DNA of 64,000 nt, taken from the NCBI GenBank assembly GCA_051362555.1, contig CM120640.1, positions 27,304,503-27,368,502 on the forward strand, given 5' to 3'. The position numbers were made by a program, and so were the translations under genes. The first letter of the stretch is position 1, and every line of letters starts with the position of its first letter. The notes under the pieces were generated by a model. The model was not told the origin of the DNA and ran no database searches. It saw nothing but the letters and a program-made list of their open reading frames with translations. The DNA is from Lingula anatina. Its lineage: Eukaryota > Animalia > Brachiopoda. Below are positions 12,971 to 28,200 of the stretch, piece after piece.

Positions 12971-15462
12971 CGCGAGGAGAATGAATGTGTAGATAATGCA
13001 AATACACTAAAATATTCAATGAAAAATAAGCTGTATATAATAATGTTTAATATGATATAATATGATATGATATAATATGAGATATCCAATTCTATACGTA
13101 ATGCTAAATTGAAAATAAACCTAACAGATATTATGAGAGAGTGAATGTTTCAACTCATCCAGTAGTTTCATGTCACAAAGGATTTAAAAAAATTAATACA
13201 GTTATATATAATGGGTCTCCTCTCTGCGATATCTGACCGTAAATCCAGAAATAGTTCAACTTTTCCTTTTATCTAACAGATACATGTATCGTGTTGACAG
13301 ATATGGTCTCTTGCCCGAGTGAGTTTTCTTTCGAAGAACCTTCATGACGTTAAGGAGTCTAAGTAGCTATCAAGCGATATACTTATGAAGTAGTATAATT
13401 TGGATTAACGTTTGCTACCTTTGGGGCGATTTCGTTTGTGAAGCTATTTAAATGAAAACGTAAATTCACCCAACCTGTCATCACGTATAGTTCATTTTAG
13501 GCATGCAGTACCTCGCCCGTTACCAGTGTGGTGTTTTCAGTTAAAAGTTTGATTTGACACCATTCATTTTATTCTATTTCTCCAAAATTAAAATATCATT
13601 ATTTGGTACAAATTTAACCACGATTTTCTTTTCTACACAGAACAATTACTTTAACCAAGTTCGAAGCTTTAAAAATCCTACAACTATTTTGTTTTTGGCA
13701 TTTTTCACCACTTGTCAAAAGTCGAGTATCGGTCACATGTGTAAAACTGCATCTTCCAGTAGGATAAATTATAATATTTTATTTAAAAATATATTTTTGA
13801 AATACAAGTGCAAGCATAGGTTATCTGAAAATGATAAACTTTTAAACAAATATTAGGCAGAAAAAGAATTATTTCATATTACACTCATAAAATGTATGAG
13901 ATCTTACGAAACGTCTTTCCTTTAAGAAAAAAAAGTTCATGGCTTAGAGGTGACATCACTGCTAAACAGCTTCAACACAAATCTACTCGATTATTCACAA
14001 AAACATTTATCTACAATGCTTCCAAACCTTTCCCATAACATCACAAACACTTCCTTCCATGAGCGTCTCACAGATTAGATTGGACGAGTCAAGTATTGAA
14101 ATGACAGTGATCACCGCTAACATTAAAGAGCACGGAGACGAGGGAAGAGGGATAAACAAAAAACTATAAAACTTCAGAGGGGTCAACGCATTTCCAGTAA
14201 AAAAATAAAACAAATCAAACAAGATATATATTACAATGCATTTATTTTTTTCAAGGAAACATGCCATAAATAAGACAAAAGAACAGACCAGGCAGCAAAA
14301 GCTACCAAGTGTTTAGAACAGTGGCTGAAGGTTATGGAAAACTCTTCAGATCAATACAGTCAGTGCACCGGTTTCTCAAATACCACATTTTCAAGCTCGG
14401 GTGAATCTTGCAGGCACAAGAAAGCGATACATTTGATAAAAAAAACTTGTAACGGAAAAAAAGTCGATCTGAAATTCAGTATTTTAGTGCAGTATCTTCA
14501 AGTTCTATAGGTGGCTATATAAGTTAGAAGGAAAACAATTGTTTTCTAGTTATTTTGCTAACACAGTTGTAATGCAACTTTTACTTTTGGCATAATTATT
14601 CATTACAAATGACTACAGTACATTTACACCTGACAGCAACTTTCAAGAATCCAATGACCGTTTTACAAGTGTACCTGGAAACAAGAAAATTCTAAGACTG
14701 GTGAAGGCAATTTTGGTGTAGACTTTCTGTACAGGCACAGCACTGCCAGTAACCCAAAACTAGTGGGTTTAAAATAACATATTAACATATATGATCATAT
14801 AAGTGCCCGTCTTGCATTGTATTTCTATACTTCATCTGTAACTAAAATTTAACAATGATTTTTATTTATTGCGAGGGCAAAATGGCAAACAGTAGCTTTT
14901 GTTATTACTTCATACCATCCTTAGTCTGGCCTCTTCAAAATTAATACTGCTTTCTTTAGTAAGTTAATTAAAATACAAATGTTTTTTTCTTGTGACACAT
15001 GATATAATCAAAACATCTTTCTCCGTAAAACAGTAGGTCACAAAAACATCCATAAATTGAAAGACAAATGCAATTGAGCAGAAGGAAAAATATTTTCTGC
15101 ACAAGATAGGAAAAGCTTAAAGGACCAGCACCAGATTAAAATAACTAACATCCACAATAAAAATGCCTACAATACGAAAACAGTAAGAAAAAAAAAATCT
15201 ATGAACAAAGATAACTCATGAAAGCAAACTGTTGAAAATAGCTATCATACTATTCAGAGTTATTTTTATACAAGAGGCACCACAGAGTCATAATCACTGA
15301 ATTGTAATCTCAATACTGTCTCAAAAGTTCATGTGGTTTCTGCATATCAAAAATATTTAAAAACATGGTAATTAACCTTACCTAGACCAAATACCACTAC
15401 TTCAAAGATTTAAGTTTTCCAGAAACCATGTTCACTTTGGGATGTCTCCTTAATATCATACT

Positions 15463-15618
15463 CAGTGTTTGCCTCTTAGGAAAATTAGTTGCTGGACCGA
15501 AAGTTCAGCCATCTTCAGAAGTAGCTAGCTCGAATGTCTGCCGGGTGGGAAAACTTCTCAGCCCGTTCTGAAAGTTGTCAGCCCCGGACAGACGGTCCAG
15601 CCTTAATTTCTAACACTG
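15463..15618. mobile_element. hAT-type MITE (156 bp) with perfect 8-bp target-site duplication, in the probable WSB1 3'UTR/downstream region
   Basis: Ends CAGTGTT...AACACTG with subterminal GCTGGACCG/CGGTCCAGC inverted repeat. Flanked by ATCATACT on both sides (15455-15462, 15619-15626). Confidence 0.85.
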
Positions 15619-16210
15619 ATCATACTTGTAACCTACAAGCTGAAACCGATTACTTTTCTGTTTGACATGCACAATAGCACATCTGAAAAACACACTCAAA
15701 TCCTCCGATTACACAAATGGTAACCATACCCTATCAATACCTCCGACTCTTCATATGCAAACAATAAATGTAAATAGTGAAAACAATGCATTAAAAAAAG
15801 TATTGAATATATTGCTGCCAGACAAACAGATCCATAACCTAAAACACAGATTGCCCCTCGGTCTGTGACAATTGTGTATTTTACATATATTGAAAGCCTA
15901 TATTTACATGTATATATATATATTTATATATGTACAGATATAAAATACTGTTCACCATCCACTCCAAGCTACACATCATGAAGTGACACAAAGTGTAGAC
16001 CAGAAGTATTGATATCATCATCTTGAATATCCTCCTATTTATTATTTTCCTAGAGGAAACTATGACATATAAAGGCAAAATGATACAGAAAACGTAGCTG
16101 TAGATAGCTGTACAGAGTGAATGTTTTTCAGAATCAGATCCTACACCTGACTTCTGGCATGACATCAGCCTGCTTTCCAGGTCAAGCACATATCATAAAA
16201 CTGATGTGTC

Positions 16211-19200
16211 TCATGGACACCTGTACTTCACATATTCCTTCACTTTGAGCGGCAGCCAGAGTTTATCTACTGATTGTGAGGGTGTAAGGGTGCGTAGGGC
16301 CATACGACACAGGTGCTGCAGTGGCTCCACTTGCCTGGGAAAAGCAAACAGACTGGTGGTGCCATCTCTAGTCCTGCAAGAGAATTAATACTAAAATTAC
16401 ATCAAATCAAATCAATGGAACAACATGTTGTGACACCTGAAGCTTTTAAAGCTGTGTTCTGCTGATAATTTAAAAGCAATGTTTTATAAAACAAAGCAGC
16501 AAAGAAAAATTAAATGTTAGCAACTCCAGTGAAATCAAACTTAAACTTAACACATGAACAGAAATTAATTTCAAGAGTTAATATAGATGTTGAGGGTTGC
16601 AATCAAATGATTGCTTTAATTGCTATACATAAAGAGCACAGCAATTAACCAAAGGTTGGGCAGCATTGGTGAGAAAATTTGTCTAAAACCTTTAAGCAAT
16701 ATTTTCTTAAAGAAAAAAGGCAAAGGGGTTGAATATTGCTGCAAAGTGCTTTAAGCAGATTTTGGACACATTTTGGATACTAACTGTATGCTTTAATTTC
16801 TGTTGCCAACTTGATAATTTCCATTCACATAAATGCTTAATCCAAATACTTCAGACCACTTTTTTTAAAAACTATCAGTCAAAATGAAATTTACTGAAAT
16901 CTTTTTAATAAGATTTCCATATTTTGTTGACTTTAAAATTAATAAAGTGTATTTGTTGAAAGCTTAGCATAATGATATCATAGCAAAGTGATCATTAATA
17001 AAACTAGTCTTGCTTTTTTGATAATTTTGACCCTCTGCCTTTCATAGCATTCCCATGCTATATTTACTAATACAAGATATGAACTTAATATTTTTTGTTT
17101 CAGCAAGAGTTTTGTTGTAAAGACGGATTGTCATTATTAACCAAGTATTAGTCAAAGAAATTTATAGAACAAAGTTAAAACCTGGGCAGATAAAGCCATC
17201 CAGTCTTCCATCTTGGCTGAAAGTTTTTCAAAGTCCTTTAATACAACAAATGGCCTTTCTTGTATTACGAAAACTACGTAGTATATTTTGATTGTATGGC
17301 AAAATACCCAAAAGATGGTATAAATCTGACCCTATAAAACAGTGGGGATCAATGAAGCCCAACCTTTAATTAATCCACTGAATTCTGAATCAAAGGGAAA
17401 TCACCACCAGTAATAATCCCCAGGTCTGCACTGTACGTACAAACCTGCACCAGCGGATATACAGTGCTAGTGGCAGGAGTGGATGAGGAGAGTTATGCAC
17501 AGCAAAGCCAACCCTTTCTGGGGGAGAATCTTTATAATTCAGCTGCAACAAAACCATATGACAGCACACTACTCCACAAATTGCTTCAGCAGTAGCAAAA
17601 GCCAGGAGACTAATGTGAGTTAATGTGAACATCAAGAACCAATGTGCAATTTGCTAAATTAGTTATGTTTTTAGCATTGTAAACCAAATAAAGTAACATG
17701 CTATTTACCAATATTAAATACACAAAATGCTTTTCTTCCACTGCTTTTTCCAATTTAGCATCCAAAATATATGTTGCCTATGGCCCCATTCAGAATAGGG
17801 GACTAACTAGTCCGAGGGTCAAATATGGCCGACCCACTTAAATACTTCCCCACGGGATATCTATTCAGTGTCTATTAGCGGATTAAATGGCAAGCTTTGT
17901 AGTAGGTCACCATATTTGACCTCGGACTAATTAGACCCCTATTGTAAATGGGGCCTATAAGATATCTTGTGTAGACAAACATTTTCACTGCAAGGTTATG
18001 TTATATCACTCTTTTTATATTACAAAAGGCTTAAAACTTATAACTCTGTCATAGGAAGTACATTTACACCTGGTTGCATTCCTATTCCTTCTAGTAACTT
18101 ACCCAACTGATACAATACTCCCAGTTGGAGAACATGCTACACAGAGAGCATCTGGTATAGTGGCAATCTGCTGTGGAACCAACTCATCCTCAATGGTCCA
18201 GATCCTTAGGTATCTGAAAACACCAAGTATAATTTTTATGTGTCACTGCAACCAGTTTGCACATTTAGAGGAACATCACATTTTTTTCACTGCATAACAC
18301 CATCAAGCTTAATTGTAGGCTTTAATGGCCTAATTGTAGGCTCAATGAAGCCATTTTGTATTCAGGAGGCTTCAAAACTTTGAGTAAAAAATTACTACCA
18401 TCTCTAAAAAACATGCATTTGTTCCAAATATGGTACTAAAAGTAATGCACAAAGACAATAAATCGCCACAAGATCAAAATTAGCACTGTTAGCAAAGCCC
18501 CCTACTCCAAATTAAGCCATTTAAGGTAACAGCCTCATAAGTCTTGATTATCTAAAGCCCATTTATTACCATTATTATTGTATCTTACCCATCATCACAG
18601 ATGGTAGCTATGTGTTTTCCATCATGAGAAAACACTGCACCCCGAACATGATTGCCATTAGCTCCTGAGGCATAGATCGGCCTGGGAGGTGGGAACAAAT
18701 GACTGAAATGACAGTTTCTATTATATAATAATAGATAAATGAAAAGCAGTTTTTCAAGCAGAAAAGAATACTGTGATGCAGTGTTTATTGTGCAAAAGGA
18801 AAGAATAAAGAAGAATTCAAACTAAAATGATCACAGTTTTCTGAATCACTAGACAATGATCTTCAGTCCAACCACAAAAAAGAGCTTTTCATATTACGCT
18901 TTAGAAACATTTCACAAACTTTATTAATCAATAAATTTATTAATTCATTTATTCAACTAATTTTGATTGGTATGCATTAATTGTTAATTAACTAATTAAT
19001 AAGCTAATATGTCATAATTTTAAACATCTAATAATTAATCAAATAAATTATTAACTGATTAATTTATCACCACCAAATTCTCATCCTTTTCTGACCTATC
19101 TTGAAAATTTCATCCAATCACAGCACACGTTTCTGCATAATGATGGTCACAGATTTTATCAATGAATTAATTAATTCTGTCCACACCTTTTTCCATAATG

Positions 19201-22200
19201 CTGCTAATAGACAAACTGACAAACAGATAATCAGAGCCATAAACATAACTTCCAAGGTGGTGGCAATGTATTTTTAATGGATTTCTCTACTTGTAAAATA
19301 GGGTCATGATTTATCTTTTTTCTAAATGATTTAGAATATTGTCTAATTTGGTCATTGTGTTACATTTCTGATGTTCATGAACCAAGGTCACCAAGTGTGA
19401 AGAGTAGCAAGTAATAAAAACACACATGATCCTGTCAACAACCTTAACCTGTTGTTTTCACAAACTCCACATAAACAAGTCAACAACTCAAATAAGGATA
19501 GGTTATACTGCAGGTAAAGGCACAGATGGCAAACAAATAGAGTGAATTTATGGGACAGGTCTTTGGAACTATTCCAACAGTCTTCCACTACTAACCATAG
19601 TTCCAACAGCACATCTCCCGTGTAGACATCCCACACAACTGCCCTGGTGTCATAGGATGCTGTGACTAGCAGTGCACCATCTGGTGAGAAGTCCACATCC
19701 ACTACATTATGATGGTGGCCGATGAACTTTCTGATAACTTCATAAGTGTTGCTGTCCCACACAACCACCTGAAAAAATTAGGAAGACTGAGAACTAGCTT
19801 TTGTAAGACTGTATTCCCACAGATTTTAGATCGATCTATCCCGGTGGAGAGTCTCACTAGATTGCTGTCAGATTAGCCGGCTGAAATGTTTGTCTCGCCT
19901 ACTAAAAGCTGTAAGGGGGTAATTAACTTTCGTGCGCTTGGCTGACAGCAATTTAGCGTGAACCCCCAGGGAGTTATGTCGATCCGGCTGAAATGTTTGT
20001 CTCGCCTACTAAAAGCTGTAAGGGGGCAATTAACTTTCGTGCGCTTGGCTGACAGCAATTTAGCGTGAACCCCCAGGGAGTTATGTCAATCCAGATGTTT
20101 GTCAATCATTCTTTTAAGGGTTTTCATTTTATTTTTACATATTTATAATGGTGGACAAAATATGCTGAAAAAAAAAAACAGTTCTTTAAGTTTGAAGACA
20201 AAGGTTAAAAGGTTTTCATCATCCTCTCAAATATCGCACTTTTTTTTCAAAGCACAGACATCAAAACACAAAACAGTTCTAACTTATCAAAACTTTTTTT
20301 TTTTTGCTAAAATAAGCAAATTATTGTTTCCTGAACTCCACACTCTTAAAATTTTCATACTTGCAACAAACACCATTATCTGGTGTCCAGGTAAAGTTTT
20401 AAGGATGGTTGAGTTTAAAATAATATTTATATTGTCCTTATCAGCAGTACATTAGTACTGAGTCTGCTAACCCAATCTGTCTACCCATGAATTGATAATA
20501 GCGTGAAAGCACTTGTAACATATCAAGTCACCTTACTGTTTAAACAATGCTGGACTGTCCCTGTAATGTGAACCATGACCTTAGTGTTGTTTTGTATGGT
20601 CACCACAGGGCTCTCTACCCATAGCATGAATAAACTCTATTTAAACAAAAAAATAAATTTTATGAGACAAAAAAAGGTGAACACACGATTAATCTTCTTG
20701 ATATAGGGATAAACAACCCTTTAAACTCACTGTTCTAGCACTCCCTACACCAGCAATCTTCTGACAATCTGGTGACCATCGGGCTGCATACATCCATTCA
20801 CAACCTGGACGGAGAGTCTTATACATGTTTCCGTCATCATACATGTCCCAAAGTTTAATTGTTCCATCTCTTGAGGCCGAGGCCAACCTCAGACTTCCAT
20901 CGGGAGCAAAATGTAGACCACGAACCACTGTTTTGTGATCATAGAGTTCTGTTATTAGTTTATCTGAAGAAAGACAAGTTCATACTGAAGTGTATGTGTC
21001 TGATCACTTCAAAATACTTTCATATAGAAAATAAAGTCATAAATAAAGAATTAAGACATACTGCTGATCAAAACAACTGATATTCAAGAAAGAAAAAAAT
21101 CTTACTTGTGTCCAATTCCCATATTTTGATTCTTCCATTGTTCAGCCCAATGGCAAGCATGAGATTCGCAGAACGAACATGATGGTAGTTTATACTACAT
21201 GTTCTTGGGATTTTCTCAGACACTGCAGATCCTATAGCTACAGACCATACCAATTCTCCTGCATCTATTGTACAACCCTTGTGAGTTAAAATATCTCCAT
21301 TTTCATTAATGTTGTCAAGCTTTACTCTGAAATACAACAGAGACATTATATCACTGGGCTGTAGCTAGGATGTAGATTTTTCGAAGTGCTAAAGGTAACC
21401 TACCTCCTTAAAAAAATTAAATATCTAGTAACTCAAAAAATTAAGTTAAAATAAAAAAAAATTGTTCTTAGCTGAACCCAGAATAATAGCAATCTAAGGT
21501 TCTTTTGTGAAACAGGCTGCAGTCTTAAAAAGTCAGTTTTTTTGATAAAATATAAATTAACTTAGTCTCTGCTGACTAAGCTGTGTTTCAAAGAATCTAC
21601 AAGTCTCTTTTTTTAATCTAAAATTTCAGTAAATAGCCAGAAAATTTAGCCCTCTAGGGAGCTGCTTACACTCAGTTTAACAACTGAAACTCGTTAATTC
21701 AGAACATAATCAACAAAATTTTCAAAACTAATGACTTATTTAAGATATGCTTTTATCATCTCAATGAATTTTTGTGAAACAAGAGACATTTTTTCTTTTT
21801 TGTATATTAATTGTAATACAAAATGTTTCCAGAAAACTGAACAATTTATTTCAATTAAATTTTACATCTTATATAAAAAGTTTAAGGATATTGTAACCCT
21901 TTATTATCATCCAGATACCAAAAATAAGATTTTTCTTGCATCTAATTATTTAGTAATGTATCTATCATTGTGCTGATTAAAAACAATGAAAAAATCTTAG
22001 AAAACATAAAATACCTGCATTTATCCTATCTATTTTGAGGTGAGATAGCAATCGGTATGGGGTGTAACTTCATCCCTGAACAAGATTTTATCACGGAAAT
22101 TGGCAAAGTTGACCAGGGGTGAATAGGCAACAATGCCGAGCCATCATTTTGGTTTAAATGTTCTCATTATGGAGTTATGAGCCCCTAATTTCCATTAAAC

Positions 22201-25200
22201 AATGGCATTATTTCGCTTTATCAACGATAAAATCTAAACTAAGACTTTTAAGAAAAATCACTGGCAGGGTTTTGGAGTCCTAATGGCGTCATTAAATTGG
22301 TGTTAAAATGGTGATCGTGGGTGCTCAGGTAAAAGAGAAAATTGAGAAACTGGTTTTTCAGTTTTTACCCCAAAATTACAATTATAACATCACCTGTAAG
22401 ATGACATATGTGTAAATGTTAATTAATTTAGTCACTGAACAATGAAATCTATTTATTACTCAAAAGAATGTATGTAAGGCAGTAAATAAAGAGTTTTGGG
22501 CAAAGGGTTACAATATCCTTAAGCTTTGGTGTTTTATCACCTGCCATTTTGCAGATTTTGACAGATGACCATTGCTTACGAAGTTTTCTTTGCATGATTC
22601 CATGGAATGACTTTTACACTTCTTTCTCCAAAAGCACAAGCAAAGTAGGAGCCATCAGGAGCCCAGGCATTGTCCCAAGTTTCGCGACCACTCTTATATG
22701 TGACATTGTTGTTCCCAGGTGGCTTGAACTCAAGCAAATGAGTAGCTTGTTCTGAAATGATAACAAAGCCAATAAACAAAAAAGTTCATGTTGACATTAT
22801 TAATAAAAAAAGTCAAATGAACGTACAAATACTTCAAATAAAAATTTAAGTTCAATGTACTGAGAACTGAAGAATCTATCACTTGATCAGTCTACAATAA
22901 TCAAGACAAAAAGTATCTAAGAATTTTGTAATTATATTCAGAAAATCAAAAGAAACGAAGTTTAATATATGCACTTTTTGGTCAGTTTTTTATTTAATCA
23001 ACTTTAAACATGTTTAACAAACTTCCATGTATTATTAATCAGTGAAAAAAAACTACATAAATTTTATCAAAAGATGAATCAGACAAATGATTTGTGAGTA
23101 CGAGAAAATTGCTTATTTTCCTGGAAAAATCCCTTTTGGTGGGTTAATCTCATGGATTGTACCTTTAACTATTATTATATTCTCCTAAAAAAACTTGTTT
23201 TTGTAAGGTGCTTTTACATGAAACATTAATGGCCCAATCAAATAACCTGATGGTATCTGAGGGCATGAAAACCGAGTCCATCTATATAATAAAACCCAAT
23301 TAAGTTAGGAGAGGTTACTTGTAACCTTATTTGACCTTAATATTTCACCTCACTGTTACCCAACCCCTGACAGTTATATGCCAAAGGACTTTTCTCGATT
23401 CATTTCCCTCCTTGTTGCTTTATTATTATCTTTCTGACACACAACATATATTTTAAAAAGAACCCCATTGGAAATGCTTCTGTCCTTACTACTAGTACCC
23501 AAGTTCTAACTCCTCCTTGCCTGGTATTTAGAACAGACTCAGTGTAATCAATTCAGGTGATATGACATATTGATACTGTAACATGACCTTACTGAAAGAA
23601 AAATAAAGCAACTATCCAGGTCAAGTCAGGGCAACATGACATAGTTACTACATGCCTTGTTATGTATCTGTACTGTGTCCACTGGACAAAGTGAGAATTT
23701 TTGCAGGAATTACTAGTAATGTCATCACCCACCTAGCCTCTAGTACAGAAAATGAAACCGTTATCTGTTGGGACCTCTCATGCTGTCAAAATTGCTCAGT
23801 TTTTGTCAATTGATAATTACATGTAAATCCCACATAAAAGCCGTTCCAGTTGAACCTATTTAATGGTTATAAAACAATGAAAATCTGAACAATTATGACT
23901 TTGAAAAGTGACAGATCCTGAAATGAAAACCTTTTCATATTTAAAGACTTCAGACAATTGTTAATTCTAATTAAACAAATTGTTTTCTTTCCACATCAAA
24001 AAGGTGTGACTGTTTCCAGTATGTGCAATCTGATTGGTTAGAAACCTCAAACAGGTGGATGCAACACTAAAACTACTGTACATAGATGAATACTACACAC
24101 TTCTTTTAATTAGTACTGGTGATTATAGCTAACAGGTATATTAAGAACTAGTATATTTCAACATTGGTCATTTAAGACTAAAACGTGTAAATATACATGT
24201 GCACTTTTTGCTGCTTCCCCCCTACAAGTTATCAACATAACCTGGATTTATGCCAACACTTATTTCTCCACGTGATGTCTCTTCCAGAATGTTCAACCAA
24301 AATGTGCCCAGAAAATGAGCTCTGAAGTGGATTTATTCATAGACAAAATGTTTGTTTTTCATACCTGGAAACTCTTGGAGATTACTCTTTCATAGAGGTG
24401 TGATTTAACATCATTATTATAGAATCATAAATCAGGTTATATCGATATTTGAAAACCATTCTAAAACCCAACTTATGGCTTTGAAACATCCAAGTTATAA
24501 ATATGATCAAATCAGCTTATGAAATGGCATCACTCAATAGATATACCTATGATAATGAACATGAGCAACTATGAAGAAAAAGCATAGAGTCTTTTTATAG
24601 TAACTATAAATGGCTGGCAATATTCATATTAAGACAAATGGCAGCAGGAGGAGACATTAGCAAGCAACAAAATGTTTTGTTTTCAAGACTAATAAAACAT
24701 GACCTGTACATCAGACAGCCCCTGCTACAATTCACCTGTCTGAACTGAACTTTTAATTGTCCTAGACAGTCAGACAGTTGTATGTTGATATCAAGCCCTG
24801 ACAGCATATTCATATCAATGGACAATGATAAATATGGATGCTAAAGCACACAATCAGTTGCCTGAAATGTCTACCACATATCTGAGAGGATATATGGATA
24901 TGAAAGTTAAGAAGACACTAGCTTAAACAAAGGAGTAAAAAACGTACATATATCTTCATCATAACCAAAAATACAATGAATAAATGAATACAACGAAAAT
25001 AAAAAACTATAATTAGATGTAAATTGACATACGGACTAGCTTTATGTATAAGAGCTAATTCTGTATCTACATAATAAATATCTTGGAAGCAAATTCCAGA
25101 AAAAGGTATAAGCACATTCAGCAGGTGATCTTTCAAGAATGGCAGTGCTGCCATATTCATATTCATGACAGTAAGTGTGCATGTAGGTCAAACAATCAAT

Positions 25201-28200
25201 CAATAAAACACAAGCAGAGATACACATATACACACATCAAACCATACTTAAATTACTTAAAATGAAATTGTCAGGTTTTCTTTTAAAACATTCACTCACC
25301 AGTAACAAACTCCGATAAATGCTCTTCAAGTAAATGTTGAATTCTCATCCTATGGTTTTTAAGGAAAACTGATCTCCCTTTAAATCTATACTATAATTCT
25401 AGAATGAGCATACTACATTCGCTTATATGTGACTCTACTCATGCGCATTTTTCTCGACTTTTATATTACCCCAGTTTGACCCATTTTAATGTCTGAAAGT
25501 CTAACCAATGATGCAGGTCTTTATCTAGGTCACTTGATTTATCTAGATCTATATTTAGCATCACTTTTGTCTCGTCTCTGTAAAGACCATAAAGATGGAT
25601 GGTTATTTATTATTTACTGATACAGAAACAAAGCATAAAAAATAAAAACATCATACACAAGAAAAATGTCAATACAATTTATGTCAACTAGCACCTGTAT
25701 TCCTCCATAGCCATAATAAATATAAAGGTGCATTTTCATTTCTTCTGTACATACGTAGCATACTAGTATGTGTGCTGTATCAGAAATAAGCATAAACCCC
25801 AAAGGAATATAGTACCGACTTTGAAAGTTTCAACCGGCCCAATAAAACTTAGCTGTGAAAAATAGGATTACATGTACCTCTGTATGTTTGTCTTAAACTG
25901 TTTATTTGGAAACATTACCTGCACAAACTGTACATTTTAGAAAGCAAATATAGCCAGTTAAGGGAAGATGGCTTTTGGAAATCATTTTTAAAATAACTAT
26001 ATACAGTAAGAGGTTCAGGTAACCCGGGGGGGGGGGGGGGGGGGGGGGGGGGAATTAAAGACAGTGCTGACAGCCTCCTTTTAGGCTATCAAAGATGATT
26101 GCCAACTCTTGAAGTTCAAATCGCTGAAACCTTTCCTGGTCAGATGACCCAATATATAATTCTTCTTTTATTTGAAAGATCATTATTTCTTCTACATTTT
26201 TATACATTGTGTCTGTATTGAAATTGTTGGAACTCCAATTAAGTCAAAGATAATAACTTAGAAAAAGAAAAATGATGCAAACTTGAGAAATACATTAGGG
26301 GTATGACAACTTTATAAATGGGGCTAACATTGTCATTTAAAAAATTTTTGGAGTACAATTGCATTTATATGCTTTCTATCATAATGAGCAATATAAATTT
26401 AAAGGCATTCTGATGAAAAATATATATGTTATGATATTTCATTGTCTTAATGTATCTTAATGTCAAAAAGATGAAAGAAATTATAGTAGATTTTAGGAAA
26501 AATCCAACAGAAATCAGCCATCTTATGATTCCGAGGTTGAAATAGTTAGACATTTTAAATTTCTTGGCATACATATATTTCTGATGATCCTAAATGGCAT
26601 CAACATAGATAAAATTGTCTGTAAGGCTCAGCAAAGACTTTACTTCCAATGGTGATTGAGGTCATTCTATGTTAACCAAGAACTGCTGGCAAAATTTTAC
26701 CGGGAGAATGTACTGACACACTCATTCACTGTCTGATACAGTAGTGCTACAGCAGAAGACAAGAATCACTTTGATCGCATGGTAAAAACTGCCAGCTGCA
26801 TTGTAGTTAGGGAATTGCCCTTAATTGAATGTTTGTAAACGAGGCGAGTGCTCAAGAAAGTGAAGTCAATCACGGGTGACTGACTGTCATCCAGCGAATA
26901 GTCTACTTATACCCATGTCATCAAGGCGACTACGGTCATTAAAGGCAACTTCCACTTGCACTAAAAAATAGCTTTTACCCATCAGCAGTACGTATATTTA
27001 ATGAGCAAAATAGATTTTAGTTATTCTACTGTATTTTATTTCATCGACAGATCATATCAATTTTCATTTTGTGCTTTTATGTATAAATATATGACAATAA
27101 ATTATTATCATTATTATTATTATTTCAGTACTATAAAGGGCATGGTTTTCGGTATGATTCCTCGGGTGATGACTTGACCAACTTTTATGACCTGGAAAGG
27201 GTTAAATTTACAACAAAAGGTATATTCACTTTCCTTTAAAGGTCAGTGACCTCACATCTTTACTATTTTGGTTAAACAGCATGTAAAACCACTGCTAAAT
27301 CAGGTGGTTTTACATGCTGTATTGCTATTATGACATGCATGCACATACTAGTAATATATTAAGACACCTTATAGCTTTTGGACTAATGTTCATTCCCCTA
27401 TGAATAGACAGAACTCTATGTCTGTGTCCAACAGACCATACAATATTGTGAAAAATAATTTTGAGTTTGCATGATGAAAACTGAATATTTCAGACCAAAC
27501 GTGTTAACAAATGAAGCAAACTTCTAAAATTGTTGCCTTCTAGATGAAACTTATCAATCTGTATAAAACTACTTCACATTCAGTCATTCTTACCCTTGAA
27601 CCCGTTTGACATTCCGCCTCAGCATACAGAGTGCAGAACACCCATATTTAATGGAGTCAATAGAGCAGACCAACTATATGACATGTGTCATGTCATGAAA
27701 TCCCCGACGAACTGTTACAAAGACATGGCCTCGCTTGCAAATTTGACACCATTACTTATCGTAGACACAAGGAAGAATTAGATCAATAGTAACTCATGAA
27801 GTAGGAGTAGTTGGCACATAAACAGGCCATAATCTGGGTGATGCAATACCTTGATGCAATACATGTACCTCACATGCAAATGCATTAAGTAAGAAAATTT
27901 TGCTTCAAATGAGTGGATCCATTCAACAAGAAAAATAAAACTATTCTCTGCAAACATATGACTACAATGGAGATGACAAATAACCATGTAAATTGTGGAT
28001 AAAACCCAAGAATATCTTATCAACAAACTATTAAATAAGCAAAGAAACATTTTAATCAGACTGGAAATAAGACAGAGAAACATGCGCCTCTGGACATGTG
28101 TGCCCAGTAGCACTTTTAGAATATATGGTCAATGTATGACAGCACTTTAATGTAGGATAAGGCCACACTGATTTAATTTTATGGGTGACATCCTCTGAAG

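Noticed and set aside
19877-20090. Tandem repeat as a CRISPR-like array
   Set aside because: Eukaryotic context; two adjacent 107-bp units without spacers inside a MITE.
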